Positions 41,749 to 50,834 of a stretch of DNA of 64,000 nt are shown here, piece after piece. This DNA comes from Armatimonadota bacterium. Its GTDB lineage: Bacteria; Vulcanimicrobiota; JACPDS01; JBDRKI01. The stretch's first letter is position 1; every line of letters starts with the position of its first letter. The notes below the pieces were generated by a model. It saw only the letters and a program-made list of their open reading frames with translations. It made no database searches and had not been told where the DNA came from. Position numbers and translations under genes: made by a program. The stretch covers positions 32,272 to 96,271 of the forward strand of contig JBDRKI010000037.1 of the NCBI GenBank assembly GCA_043814095.1, in the 5' to 3' direction.

Positions 41749-41760
41749 AACCTAACAGGG

Positions 41761-42048
41761 ATGGAAGAGAAACAAGACAGAACCTTAAAATGCAAAGAAT
41801 GCGGTAATGACTTTGTCTTTACAGCTGGCGAACAGACATTTTACGCAGAAAAAGGTTTCGAAAACGAACCCATGAGATGTCCCGAGTGCAGAAGAGCGAG
41901 AAAACAGTCACGCGGCGGCCCGAGAAGACCGAAAAAACTGTTTGACGCGGTATGCGCAGAATGCGGACAGAATACTCAGGTGCCGTTTTTCCCGAAAGGC
42001 GAAAAACCGGTTTACTGCAAAGAATGTTTTGAAAAAAAACAAGTATAG
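41761..42048 (+). CDS. Zinc-ribbon (zf-trcl) plus CxxC-x17-CxxC domain protein
   Basis: CKECG..FVFTAGEQ.FY.EKGF...P.RCPEC; CAECG...VPF.P...KPVYCKEC. Confidence 0.92.
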   Translation: MEEKQDRTLKCKECGNDFVFTAGEQTFYAEKGFENEPMRCPECRRARKQSRGGPRRPKKLFDAVCAECGQNTQVPFFPKGEKPVYCKECFEKKQV

Positions 42049-42060
42049 TCAGTAAAAAAT

Positions 42061-42096
42061 AAAAAACAGCCTGCCTTAAAACAGGCTGTTTTTTTA
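42061..42096 (+). terminator. Intrinsic terminator
   Basis: aaaaaacagcctg...caggctgttttttt. Confidence 0.85.
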
Positions 42097-42164
42097 TTTT
42101 TGTTTATACTTTTCTTCCTTTTGTTTGTTTTCTTATGTCAATTCCTTCTTTTTATTTTACTTAG

Positions 42165-42189
42165 AGGAAAAGTTTCGGATGTATTGAAT
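42165..42189 (+). promoter_or_regulatory. sigma-H-like promoter
   Basis: AGGA-N17-GAAT. Confidence 0.55.
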
Positions 42190-42232
42190 ATAATTAAAAA
42201 CGAAGTAATCATGCGGCATTGAAGGTGAGATA

Positions 42233-43012
42233 ATGAATCAGGAATTCAAAAAAGAAGTTTCAACCCTTATAAAAGGCGTAAAAGCGAAGTTCGGTATCGC
42301 GGTTACTGACCTGAACAAAAAAAACTTATTTTTATATAACGCTGATGAGGTATTCCCTGCCGCGAGCATTATTAAAATACCTATTTTAATTGAACTGTTA
42401 TGCCAGGTTCAGAAGAAAAAAAACAACCTTAAAAAAAGAGACACATTGAAAAATTCGGATAAAGTCGGAGGTTCGGGAGTTCTCCAGTTTATGGATAATG
42501 ACTTAAAACCTACAGTTTTAGACCTGGCTAAATTAATGATAATTATAAGCGACAATACCGCGACTAATATGCTTATAGATATACTCGGCATGGATGCGGT
42601 TAATAAAATGATGAGGTCTCTGGGGATAGTAAAAACCGTTCTCGGACGGAAACTCCATATAGATCCCAAGGCTTTAACTTCTAAGAATTTTGCCACACCC
42701 CGGGATATTATGATTCTGCTGGAAAAAATATACGACAAAAATTTTATGCAGCCGAAATACAGGGATATGGCGCTTAATATATTATCAGAACAGCAGTATA
42801 ATGATAAAATATCGGCTGATTTTCCCGAGGACGTGAAATTCGCTCATAAAACAGGGGAAATAAATTCAGTGCGCAGCGATGCAGGAATTGTGTTGAATAA
42901 GGATAATCCTTTTATTATAGTGGTTTTAACTAAGAATGTTGAAAATATAAAAAAGGTGGATCAGATTATATCTAAAATAGGATTATTAGCGTTAAAATTT
43001 TGGGGAAGGTAG
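42233..43012 (+). CDS. Serine hydrolase, class A beta-lactamase-like fold, no signal peptide
   Basis: SIIK (SxxK), SDN and HKTG motifs. Confidence 0.88.
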   Translation: MNQEFKKEVSTLIKGVKAKFGIAVTDLNKKNLFLYNADEVFPAASIIKIPILIELLCQVQKKKNNLKKRDTLKNSDKVGGSGVLQFMDNDLKPTVLDLAKLMIIISDNTATNMLIDILGMDAVNKMMRSLGIVKTVLGRKLHIDPKALTSKNFATPRDIMILLEKIYDKNFMQPKYRDMALNILSEQQYNDKISADFPEDVKFAHKTGEINSVRSDAGIVLNKDNPFIIVVLTKNVENIKKVDQIISKIGLLALKFWGR

Positions 43013-43014
43013 TT

Positions 43015-44238
43015 ATGGTTAAAGCTTTGAATGAAACACAAGCCGTTTTAGAAAAAATTAATGAAAGGGCGGATGCCTTTATAAAAATGGCGAATAAGAA
43101 ATTCGGCGTTAATCTTGATTTTTCCGAAGAATCACTTATTGTGGCCGATGATCTTATTACTATGTTTTTTAAAAAGCACAGACAGCATTTTTACCAGGCG
43201 GCAGTCTTAATAGGATGTTATCTGGGTGAAGTAATAATAAAGAACTTGGGCGGCAAGTGGCTTACGGACCATTCCATTAAAAAGGTCGGCAAGACAAAGC
43301 TTTTAGTAAAGCCCATTAATAAAGCAGGGCAGAGACTTGCGAGCGGGCTCTCCGCTTCATTAACTCTTTATTACAGGACTTTAAAGGCAAACTCCTGTTT
43401 TGATTTGAGTTTCGCTAAGGATGAAAAGAAAATAGAAAGAAATTATGATATTTTAATTAAAAACAAGTGGGATCAGAAACTTTTAGACAGGATTACAGAT
43501 GAGGGAGAACCCCGGTACGTAAGGGAAGAAGCCGCGGATGTTATAAACAGAATACATTCTAAGGATATTCTAAATAAGCTGTTAAAAACTTTAGAAGATC
43601 ATGGCCAGGTATATTATGCCGCTATAGCCCTTCAGGGATTTAAAGACGATAAAATGTATAAGCCTTTAATGAAAGCTTTGAAAGAGGCAAGGTCCAATAT
43701 CGTAAAAATACAGATAATGCTCGCGCTCGGTAATCTGGGCAATAACGGATGTGTGGATGAACTAATAGAATTTTTGAGAAGCGAAGATGAACTGTTAGCT
43801 TATTACGCTTCTATAGCCATTGGTAAAATAGGAGGAGATAAAGCATTAAAATACCTGCTGGATATACTGGGCGGGTTAACTAAAGGGCGAAGAGTTTACG
43901 CAATTTCGGCGTTAGAATTAATGGGGGACAAACGGTCTGTTCCCGCTTTAATAGAAACATTATTTTCCAGGGATGATGAACTGTGTGAAGCCGCGGTCAG
44001 GGCGCTGCAGTTTATACCGGATCAGAGAGCTTTCAAGCCGCTTATGTATTTATTGAAAGAGCCGTCCGCCAATGTGAGGATTCTTGCTGCGTACGCGCTG
44101 GCAAATGTTGATAAGAAAAAAGCTCTGGAAGCGGTAAAAACTCTCTTAAAAGATGAAGTTGAGCTGGTAAGACAGCATGCGGATAATATCATTAAGCATA
44201 TAGAAGCCGGTAACGGTCAGATGCTTAAATGTATTTAA
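43015..44238 (+). CDS. HEAT/PBS-lyase repeat protein
   Basis: C-terminal HEAT repeats; N-terminal LDFSEESL...GCYLGEV...GGKW domain. Confidence 0.8.
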   Translation: MVKALNETQAVLEKINERADAFIKMANKKFGVNLDFSEESLIVADDLITMFFKKHRQHFYQAAVLIGCYLGEVIIKNLGGKWLTDHSIKKVGKTKLLVKPINKAGQRLASGLSASLTLYYRTLKANSCFDLSFAKDEKKIERNYDILIKNKWDQKLLDRITDEGEPRYVREEAADVINRIHSKDILNKLLKTLEDHGQVYYAAIALQGFKDDKMYKPLMKALKEARSNIVKIQIMLALGNLGNNGCVDELIEFLRSEDELLAYYASIAIGKIGGDKALKYLLDILGGLTKGRRVYAISALELMGDKRSVPALIETLFSRDDELCEAAVRALQFIPDQRAFKPLMYLLKEPSANVRILAAYALANVDKKKALEAVKTLLKDEVELVRQHADNIIKHIEAGNGQMLKCI

Positions 44239-44329
44239 AATAATTGTTTTCGCCGCCTTAGATAACCCTCTGTATTTATCCTTTATAAATAAGGCTTTTT
44301 TTTGTGTGTTTTTATTGTTGTATTGTTCC

Positions 44330-44358
44330 TTGACACCTGCTTTTAAAGAGAATAAAAT
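44330..44358 (+). promoter_or_regulatory. sigma70 promoter of rny
   Basis: TTGACA-N17-TAAAAT. Confidence 0.75.
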
Positions 44359-44535
44359 ATTAACTGGCATATTTTAGCTTAGTTTATTTTATTAAAAGGG
44401 TTGGATAATATTTACGGACAGTAAAGGGGTATCAACTGTTTTCCCGTAAATAGTTTTCAGCTGTCATTTTTAAAGGGAAGAATTATAAAGTAGGCGACAA
44501 ATAATAAATCATAATATTTAGGAGGTGAGATAGCT

Positions 44536-46068
44536 ATTAATACTTACTTAATTTACACGGTAATTTTTGCGGTAGGTATTGCTATAGGAATAGCGGTACT
44601 TTCCGTATTTCAGAATAAAAAGTTAAATTCTGCGAAAGAAAGCGCAAAGAATGTGCTTGAAAGTGCGCAGAAAGAAGCTGAAAATCTGAAAAAAGAAAAG
44701 CTCATAGAGACTAAAGATGAAGTAATCAAAATGAAGAGCCAGTTAAACAGAGAAACAGAACAAAGAAGAGGTGAGCTGCAGAAACTGGAAAGAAGAATTC
44801 TTCAAAGAGAAGAAAACATAGACAAAAAGTATGACTCAATAGACAAAAAGGAAAAAAGCATATCTCAGAAAGAACAAGATATTGACCAGTTAAAAGAAAA
44901 ATGGAACCAGAACCTGATCAAGCAGAGAGATGAACTTGAGAAGGTAGCTAAGCTGTCTTCTGAAGAAGCCAAAAAACTTCTTTTGAAGAGTCTTGAGGGA
45001 GATCTAGAATATGATATAGCTGCCAGAATAAAAGATGCGGAAGAAAAGATAAAAGAAGAAGCGGACCAGAAAGCAAAACGGATAATAAGCACAGCTATAC
45101 AAAGATATGCTTCCGACCAGGTTGTTGAGTCAACGGTTTCCGTTGTTCCTTTGCCGAATGACGAGATGAAAGGAAGAATCATAGGCAGGGAAGGCAGAAA
45201 CATCAGGATATTTGAGAACCTGACAGGAATAAACCTAATAATAGATGATACCCCGGAAGCAGTGATTCTATCCGGATTTGACCCTGTAAGAAGAGAGATA
45301 GCGCGCCAGACACTGGAAAAGCTGATAGTTGACGGAAGAATACATCCTGCCAGAATAGAAGAAATGTATAAAAAATGTTCTGCGGAGATGGATCAGAAAA
45401 TTATCCAGGAAGGCGACCAGGCGGTATTCCAGGTCGGATTAACCGGAATACATCCCGAACTTGTAAAACTTATTGGGCGGTTGAAATGGAGAACAAGCTT
45501 CGGACAGAATGTGCTCCAGCATTCTCTGGAAGTTGCGTCTCTTACGGGTTCAATAGCCGCGGAGATCGGCGCGAACGTGAATATAGCCAAAAGGGCCGGA
45601 CTTCTCCATGATATAGGTAAAGCGGTGGATGCGGAAGTTGAAGGACCCCACGCTCTTATAGGCGCTAAATTTGCGGAAAAATACAATGAATCACAGGACG
45701 TAGTTCACTGTATAGCCGCGCATCATGAAGACGAAGAACAGCGTACTGTTGAAGCGGTTCTTATACAGTCCTGTGACGCGATATCGGCATCCAGGCCGGG
45801 TGCGAGACGCGAATCAATAGAACTGTATATTAAGAGACTGGAAAAACTTGAAGCTGTGGCAAATTCGTTTGAAGGCGTGGATAAATCGTTTGCCATACAG
45901 GCAGGGCGTGAAATAAGGATTATGGTTAAGCCCGAAGAGATAGACGATTTAACCATGTCAAAACTGGCAAGAGACATAGTTAAGAAAGTAGAAGACGAAC
46001 TTGATTATCCGGGCCAGATAAAGATAACGGTTATAAGGGAAACAAGGACAGTAGAGCTGGCCAAGTAA
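44536..46068 (+). CDS. rny: Ribonuclease Y (start re-assigned to ATT 44536)
   Basis: KH motif [14 protein letters not shown] and HD motif LLHDIGK; TM anchor encoded upstream of the track's GTG 44653. Confidence 0.93.
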   Translation: MNTYLIYTVIFAVGIAIGIAVLSVFQNKKLNSAKESAKNVLESAQKEAENLKKEKLIETKDEVIKMKSQLNRETEQRRGELQKLERRILQREENIDKKYDSIDKKEKSISQKEQDIDQLKEKWNQNLIKQRDELEKVAKLSSEEAKKLLLKSLEGDLEYDIAARIKDAEEKIKEEADQKAKRIISTAIQRYASDQVVESTVSVVPLPNDEMKGRIIGREGRNIRIFENLTGINLIIDDTPEAVILSGFDPVRREIARQTLEKLIVDGRIHPARIEEMYKKCSAEMDQKIIQEGDQAVFQVGLTGIHPELVKLIGRLKWRTSFGQNVLQHSLEVASLTGSIAAEIGANVNIAKRAGLLHDIGKAVDAEVEGPHALIGAKFAEKYNESQDVVHCIAAHHEDEEQRTVEAVLIQSCDAISASRPGARRESIELYIKRLEKLEAVANSFEGVDKSFAIQAGREIRIMVKPEEIDDLTMSKLARDIVKKVEDELDYPGQIKITVIRETRTVELAK

Positions 46069-46106
46069 TAACCGTTATAACATTAAGATGGTTAAAATAA
46101 TAAAAA

Positions 46107-46140
46107 ATAGCCGCCTTGCCGTAAAAGGCAATGCGGCTAT
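46107..46140 (+). other. Intercistronic hairpin between rny and ymdB
   Basis: atagccgccttgcc-gtaaaa-ggcaatgcggctat; no U-tract on the + strand. Confidence 0.6.
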
Positions 46141-46160
46141 AAACCTTTAATGAGGTAAAT

Positions 46161-46949
46161 ATGAATATTTTATTTATAGCCGACATAATAGGCAAACCGG
46201 GCCGCAGGATTATAAAAGAGAATCTGTCCAAGATAAAACGCAGGGAAAAAATTGATTTTGTGATTGGAAACGGGGAAAACGCGGCAGGGGGATTCGGCCT
46301 TACATCCAAGATCAAGGATGAACTTTTTGAATACGGTATAGATATTTTAACTACCGGCAACCATGTATGGGATAATAAGGAGATACTGGCTTTTATAGAC
46401 AAGGATGAGAGAATATTAAGGGGCGCGAACCTGCCCGTGAAATACGGCAGCCCTGTTTATAAAACAAAAATAAACGATAAAAAGGTCGCGGTTTTCAGCT
46501 TGATAGGCAGGATTTTCATGGGCAATTATTCTATTTCAGACTGTCCTTTCAGGAAAGCCGACCGGATTCTTGAAGAGCTCTCCGCCGGTACCGATATTAT
46601 AATAGTTGATATGCACGCGGAAGCTACATCGGAAAAAAAAGCGATGGGTTTTTATCTTGACGGAAGAGCTACCGCGGTTGTGGGTACCCATACTCATGTC
46701 TCAACAGCGGATCCGGTAATTCTGCCTAAAGGCACCGCATATATAACCGATGCGGGCATGACAGGCCCTATAGATTCGGTTATAGGGGTAGAGAAAGATA
46801 TTATAATCAATAAATTTCTTACAACAATGCCGAGCCGTTTTGAAGTGGCAAAGGGTCCGGCCCAGCTGGAAGGAGTGATTATAAGGATAAATGACGCAAC
46901 AGGTAAGGCGGAATCCATAGAAAGGATCTGTATAAGGGAAGAATCTTAG
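46161..46949 (+). CDS. ymdB: YmdB-family metallophosphoesterase
   Basis: NGENAAGG, TGNHVWD, HAEATSEK and GTHTHV motifs; synteny with rny. Confidence 0.93.
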   Translation: MNILFIADIIGKPGRRIIKENLSKIKRREKIDFVIGNGENAAGGFGLTSKIKDELFEYGIDILTTGNHVWDNKEILAFIDKDERILRGANLPVKYGSPVYKTKINDKKVAVFSLIGRIFMGNYSISDCPFRKADRILEELSAGTDIIIVDMHAEATSEKKAMGFYLDGRATAVVGTHTHVSTADPVILPKGTAYITDAGMTGPIDSVIGVEKDIIINKFLTTMPSRFEVAKGPAQLEGVIIRINDATGKAESIERICIREES

Positions 46950-47000
46950 AATTTAAAGATTTTTTAAAATAAATTATCCTGCTTTTTATGTAAAAACAGC

Positions 47001-47025
47001 AGGATTTTTTTTATATAAAATGAAG
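47001..47025 (+). promoter_or_regulatory. sigma-H-like promoter upstream of spoVS
   Basis: GCAGGA-N17-GAAG; spoVS is sigma-H-dependent in B. subtilis. Confidence 0.55.
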
Positions 47026-47110
47026 TAATATATAAGTTAAAGAGCACTCTCTTAATTTATATACATATATAACAACATATATATTATTAAACCCGGGAAG
47101 AGGTGCTGTT

Positions 47111-47377
47111 ATGGTAACAGAGATACTAAAAGTTTCAGCTAAGTCTAGCCCAAACGCCGTAGCTGGTGCGCTGGCCGGTATTTTGAGGGATAATCCTTCC
47201 GCGGAAATGCAGTCAATAGGCGCCGGCGCGATTAACCAGGCCATAAAAGCGGTTGCGATCGCGAGAGGTTTTATGGCTCCCGCCGGAGTGGAACTTGTCT
47301 GTATTCCCGCGTTTACCGAAGTCCAGATTAACGGGGAAGTCCGGACGGCAATTAAAATGACGGTTGAAAAGAGATGA
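47111..47377 (+). CDS. spoVS: Stage V sporulation protein S family
   Basis: LKVSAKS.P.AVAGA, IGAGAINQAIKAVAIARG and IPAF motifs. Confidence 0.96.
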   Translation: MVTEILKVSAKSSPNAVAGALAGILRDNPSAEMQSIGAGAINQAIKAVAIARGFMAPAGVELVCIPAFTEVQINGEVRTAIKMTVEKR

Positions 47378-47455
47378 GCAGGCCGTAGAGAGTGAAATAA
47401 CGGCTTTTATGGGGTTAGCTGTTTATACCCTCTTAAAAGGCGTTTTTAATTAATT

Positions 47456-47758
47456 ATGAAATATAAGACAATAAAAAAGTTCAACATAAATGCCGATAAA
47501 CTGATTCATTTTATTGACGGCTTAAAATCCAAAAAGCTTAAACTGATAAGCATAAGCACATTTATAAAAGCAGACAGAGTAATTGTATTAAAATACTATA
47601 TTGAAAAACAGAATCAACTCCTCATCATAGACGCTCCCGTTAAAAAAGATCAGATAGCATCTTTGTTTACTTATTTCTCAAACGCGGATTTTATTGAACG
47701 CGAGATTTCACAGTCCTTTGGCGTTAAATTTATAGGAAATCCCAACTTGAATATATAA
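47456..47758 (+). CDS. Stand-alone complex I 30-kDa (NuoC/EchD-like) domain protein
   Basis: SLFTYFSNADFIEREISQSFGVKFIGNPNL resembles the A.W.ERE..DMFG..F.GHP.L signature. Confidence 0.65.
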   Translation: MKYKTIKKFNINADKLIHFIDGLKSKKLKLISISTFIKADRVIVLKYYIEKQNQLLIIDAPVKKDQIASLFTYFSNADFIEREISQSFGVKFIGNPNLNI

Positions 47759-47769
47759 CTGGAGATAAG

Positions 47770-49053
47770 ATGCATTTTAAAAGAATAGTGTTGCTGCTGG
47801 TAATAATTGCGGTTATCTTCTCTATATGCGGGTGTTTAAAAAAACAGGAAGACAGCAGAACAAAGATAGAATTCTGGACTATAAGTCTGCGCCCCACATT
47901 TGATGATTTTATCCATTCATTGATAAATAAATATGAAAAAGAAAATCCTAATATTAAACTTATATGGGTTGATATCCCGTACAATGTACTCCAGCAGAAA
48001 CTTATGTCTTCAATAGCCGGCGGGGTAAGCCCCGATGTGGTTAATTTAAATACCCCTATGGCCATTATACTGGCGCAGCATGAAGCCCTGGTGGACTTAA
48101 ATAAATACCTTACAAAAGAAGAACAGGAAAGATACTTTAAGAATCTATATAATGCCACGAATATAGACGGCTCTGTCTATGCACTGCCGTGGTATGTTAC
48201 AACAAAGATAACAATGTATAATTCAGATATTTTCAAAAAAGCCGGTTTAAAAAGACCGCCTAAAAATTACGATGAAGTTGCCCAGTACGCGAAGATAATA
48301 AAAGAAAAAACCGGCATATACGGCTATATGCCCGATATGAAAGTAATGGATGATTTCCAGTGTGACGGCATACCCATAGTTAATAAAGATATGACTAAAG
48401 CTTTATTTAACTGTCCTCAGGGAGTTGAACGGTTAACATGGTATGTTGATCTTTACAAACAGGATTTAATACCAAGGGAGACCATAAATTTAGGGACAGC
48501 TTACCAGACAGCCACAAACAGGTACCAGTGCGGGGAGCTGGGGATGCTTATTACAGGAGCAAATTTTCTTTTAAGGATAAAAAATAATGCCGCCCAGGTT
48601 TATGACCTAACAAAAGTAGCGCCCATGCCTCTGGGCAAAGCCCATATATATCCCGCGGCTGTTATGAATTTTGTTATTCCCCGGGCGTCTAAAAACAGGA
48701 AAGAAGCGGTAAAATTCGCCCTTTTTATGACCAATGACGAAAACCAGCTTGCATTCTGCAAGGTTGTGCCTCTTCTTCCTTCAACAAGGAAAGCGGCCCT
48801 AGATGAATTCTTTATAAAAGGAAAAGGGATGCCGACAGAAGACGAGGCAATAAGAATATCAATAAAAGAATTATTTAATTCAAAAGATCTTTCTCTGGCT
48901 CTGCCCGAGCGGGCAAAGCTTGGTGAATATCTTACCGATGCCGTGCAGTCCGCGTTAGTCGGCAAGAAAACCCCGAAACAGGCGCTTGATGACGCGGCCG
49001 CTCAATGGGATAAGATTTTAAAAATACAGGCTAATTTGAGGAATAAAAAATGA
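47770..49053 (+). CDS. Sugar ABC transporter substrate-binding lipoprotein
   Basis: Lipobox ICGC; PDVV, YALPWY and YNSDIFKKAG motifs. Confidence 0.92.
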   Translation: MHFKRIVLLLVIIAVIFSICGCLKKQEDSRTKIEFWTISLRPTFDDFIHSLINKYEKENPNIKLIWVDIPYNVLQQKLMSSIAGGVSPDVVNLNTPMAIILAQHEALVDLNKYLTKEEQERYFKNLYNATNIDGSVYALPWYVTTKITMYNSDIFKKAGLKRPPKNYDEVAQYAKIIKEKTGIYGYMPDMKVMDDFQCDGIPIVNKDMTKALFNCPQGVERLTWYVDLYKQDLIPRETINLGTAYQTATNRYQCGELGMLITGANFLLRIKNNAAQVYDLTKVAPMPLGKAHIYPAAVMNFVIPRASKNRKEAVKFALFMTNDENQLAFCKVVPLLPSTRKAALDEFFIKGKGMPTEDEAIRISIKELFNSKDLSLALPERAKLGEYLTDAVQSALVGKKTPKQALDDAAAQWDKILKIQANLRNKK

Positions 49054-49961
49054 AAATGGACAGAAAAAAACAGCAGATACTCATAGCATACTTATTCCTG
49101 CTCCCCGCGATCCTTCTGTTTATTATTTTCACCCTTTATCCCGTTGTATACGGCATAATTTTAAGCTTTTTAGATTATAATGTGGTAAGGACGACAGCTG
49201 AAGGAGCTATGGTCCCTCCTAAATTTATAGGTTTGGATAACTTTAAAAAGCTTTTGTATGACCCTTACTTCTATAATGCCCTCAAAAACTCTTTACTGTA
49301 TCTTCTTGTTGTTCCGGTTATACAGATACTTGCAATTATGATAGCGGTAGCCGTTAACCAGAAGCTAAAAGGGGTAACCTTTTTCAGGACCTGTTATTAC
49401 ATACCGGTTATTACTTCGGTAATTATCGTTGGTATAGCATGGAAATGGGTGTTTGCATCGGACGGCCTGCTTAACTTTTTCCTTGTGGAAAAATTTCACC
49501 TTGTTAAATACGCTATACCATGGCTTACATCAAAAACATGGGCGCTTCCATCCATTATGTTTGTTACCGTATGGCAGGGGCTTGGTTATTATATGGTGCT
49601 GTATCTCGCGGGTTTGCAGTCAATACCTCCGGAATTTGAAGAAGCCGCCAGAATTGACGGCGCTAACAGACTTCAGGTGTTATTTAAGATTACAATACCT
49701 CTTTTAATGCCTATTATTGCCTTATGTTCGATTATATCATGTATATCGGCATTAAAGGTATTCGGCGAGATTTATGTTATGACACAGGGCGGCCCCGATC
49801 ATGCAACTGATACAATGGTTTATTATATATTCAGTAAAGCGTTTATGCAGTTTGATATGGGTTATGCCGCTGCTATAGCCCTTGTTCTGGCGGTATTTGT
49901 AGGGATAATCTCAATAATTAATATAGCATTTTTTAGAAAAGGCGGATTGCAGTATTATTAA
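49050..49961 (+). CDS. Sugar ABC transporter permease
   Basis: YLAGLQSIP...EAARIDGA (EAA motif). Confidence 0.93.
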   Translation: MKMDRKKQQILIAYLFLLPAILLFIIFTLYPVVYGIILSFLDYNVVRTTAEGAMVPPKFIGLDNFKKLLYDPYFYNALKNSLLYLLVVPVIQILAIMIAVAVNQKLKGVTFFRTCYYIPVITSVIIVGIAWKWVFASDGLLNFFLVEKFHLVKYAIPWLTSKTWALPSIMFVTVWQGLGYYMVLYLAGLQSIPPEFEEAARIDGANRLQVLFKITIPLLMPIIALCSIISCISALKVFGEIYVMTQGGPDHATDTMVYYIFSKAFMQFDMGYAAAIALVLAVFVGIISIINIAFFRKGGLQYY

Positions 49962-50006
49962 AAAAAAATAAAAAATCCAAATAAAAAATCAAATAAGGAT
50001 TAGTAA

Positions 50007-50834
50007 ATGAATAAAACAGTTGAAAATACCATAAAATACGCAATTCTTATAGCTCTTGCTTTATTTATGACTTTCCCTTTTATATGGCTTTTATTAACTT
50101 CAATAAAAACAACCGGCAATATGTTTAAAATAGAAACATTCGCCGATATTATACCATGGCCGGTAAGCTTTGAGAATTTTATTGAAGTTATGAAAACAGT
50201 GCCTTTAATACCGAAATTCCTGTTTAATACCGTAATTATAACGTTCTGGGGGATGCTGTTAGGTATTGTTATCTCAGCTCTGGCGGCATATCCTCTTGCA
50301 AGGTTTAAGTTCCCCGGCAGGAACTTCATATTCTTTATGTTTATATCAACAATGATGCTTCCGACACAGGCGAATATGATAGTAAACTTCATTACCATAA
50401 GAAAACTCGGATTATTTGATACCTACATAGCCGTTATACTTCCTGCTCTGGTTAATGTGTTCGGCATATTCCTTATGAGGCAGGCATACCTTACGATACC
50501 CGGAGAGCTTGAGGATGCCGGCCGGCTTGACGGGTGCGGGGAGCTAAGTCTCTGGTGGCATGTTATGCTCCCGATGACAAGACCCGCGCTCGGGGCGCTG
50601 TCAATATTTACTTTTGTCGCGTACTGGAATACCTTTATGTGGCCTCTTGTAATTTTAAAAACAGAGAGTAAGTACCCCTTTGCGGTCGGGCTTACGTATC
50701 TTTCCAATATGTTCGCGTCGGATTTCAGGACCGTTGCCGCGGCCGCGGTAATATCAATGGTTCCCATAATCATTGTGTTTATACTTATGCAGAAGCAGTT
50801 TATTAAGGGAATAACGGCAGGAGCGGTAAAGTAA
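50007..50834 (+). CDS. Carbohydrate ABC transporter permease
   Basis: AAYPLARFKFPG; IPGELEDAGRLDG; FIKGITAGAVK. Confidence 0.93.
   Translation: MNKTVENTIKYAILIALALFMTFPFIWLLLTSIKTTGNMFKIETFADIIPWPVSFENFIEVMKTVPLIPKFLFNTVIITFWGMLLGIVISALAAYPLARFKFPGRNFIFFMFISTMMLPTQANMIVNFITIRKLGLFDTYIAVILPALVNVFGIFLMRQAYLTIPGELEDAGRLDGCGELSLWWHVMLPMTRPALGALSIFTFVAYWNTFMWPLVILKTESKYPFAVGLTYLSNMFASDFRTVAAAAVISMVPIIIVFILMQKQFIKGITAGAVK

Noticed and set aside
42233-43012. Bona fide antibiotic-resistance beta-lactamase
   Set aside because: No signal peptide and no evident omega-loop Glu166 motif; only the fold family is supported.
47111-47377. spoVS as evidence of endospore formation
   Set aside because: SpoVS homologs also occur in non-sporulating bacteria, and no other sporulation genes are in the window.
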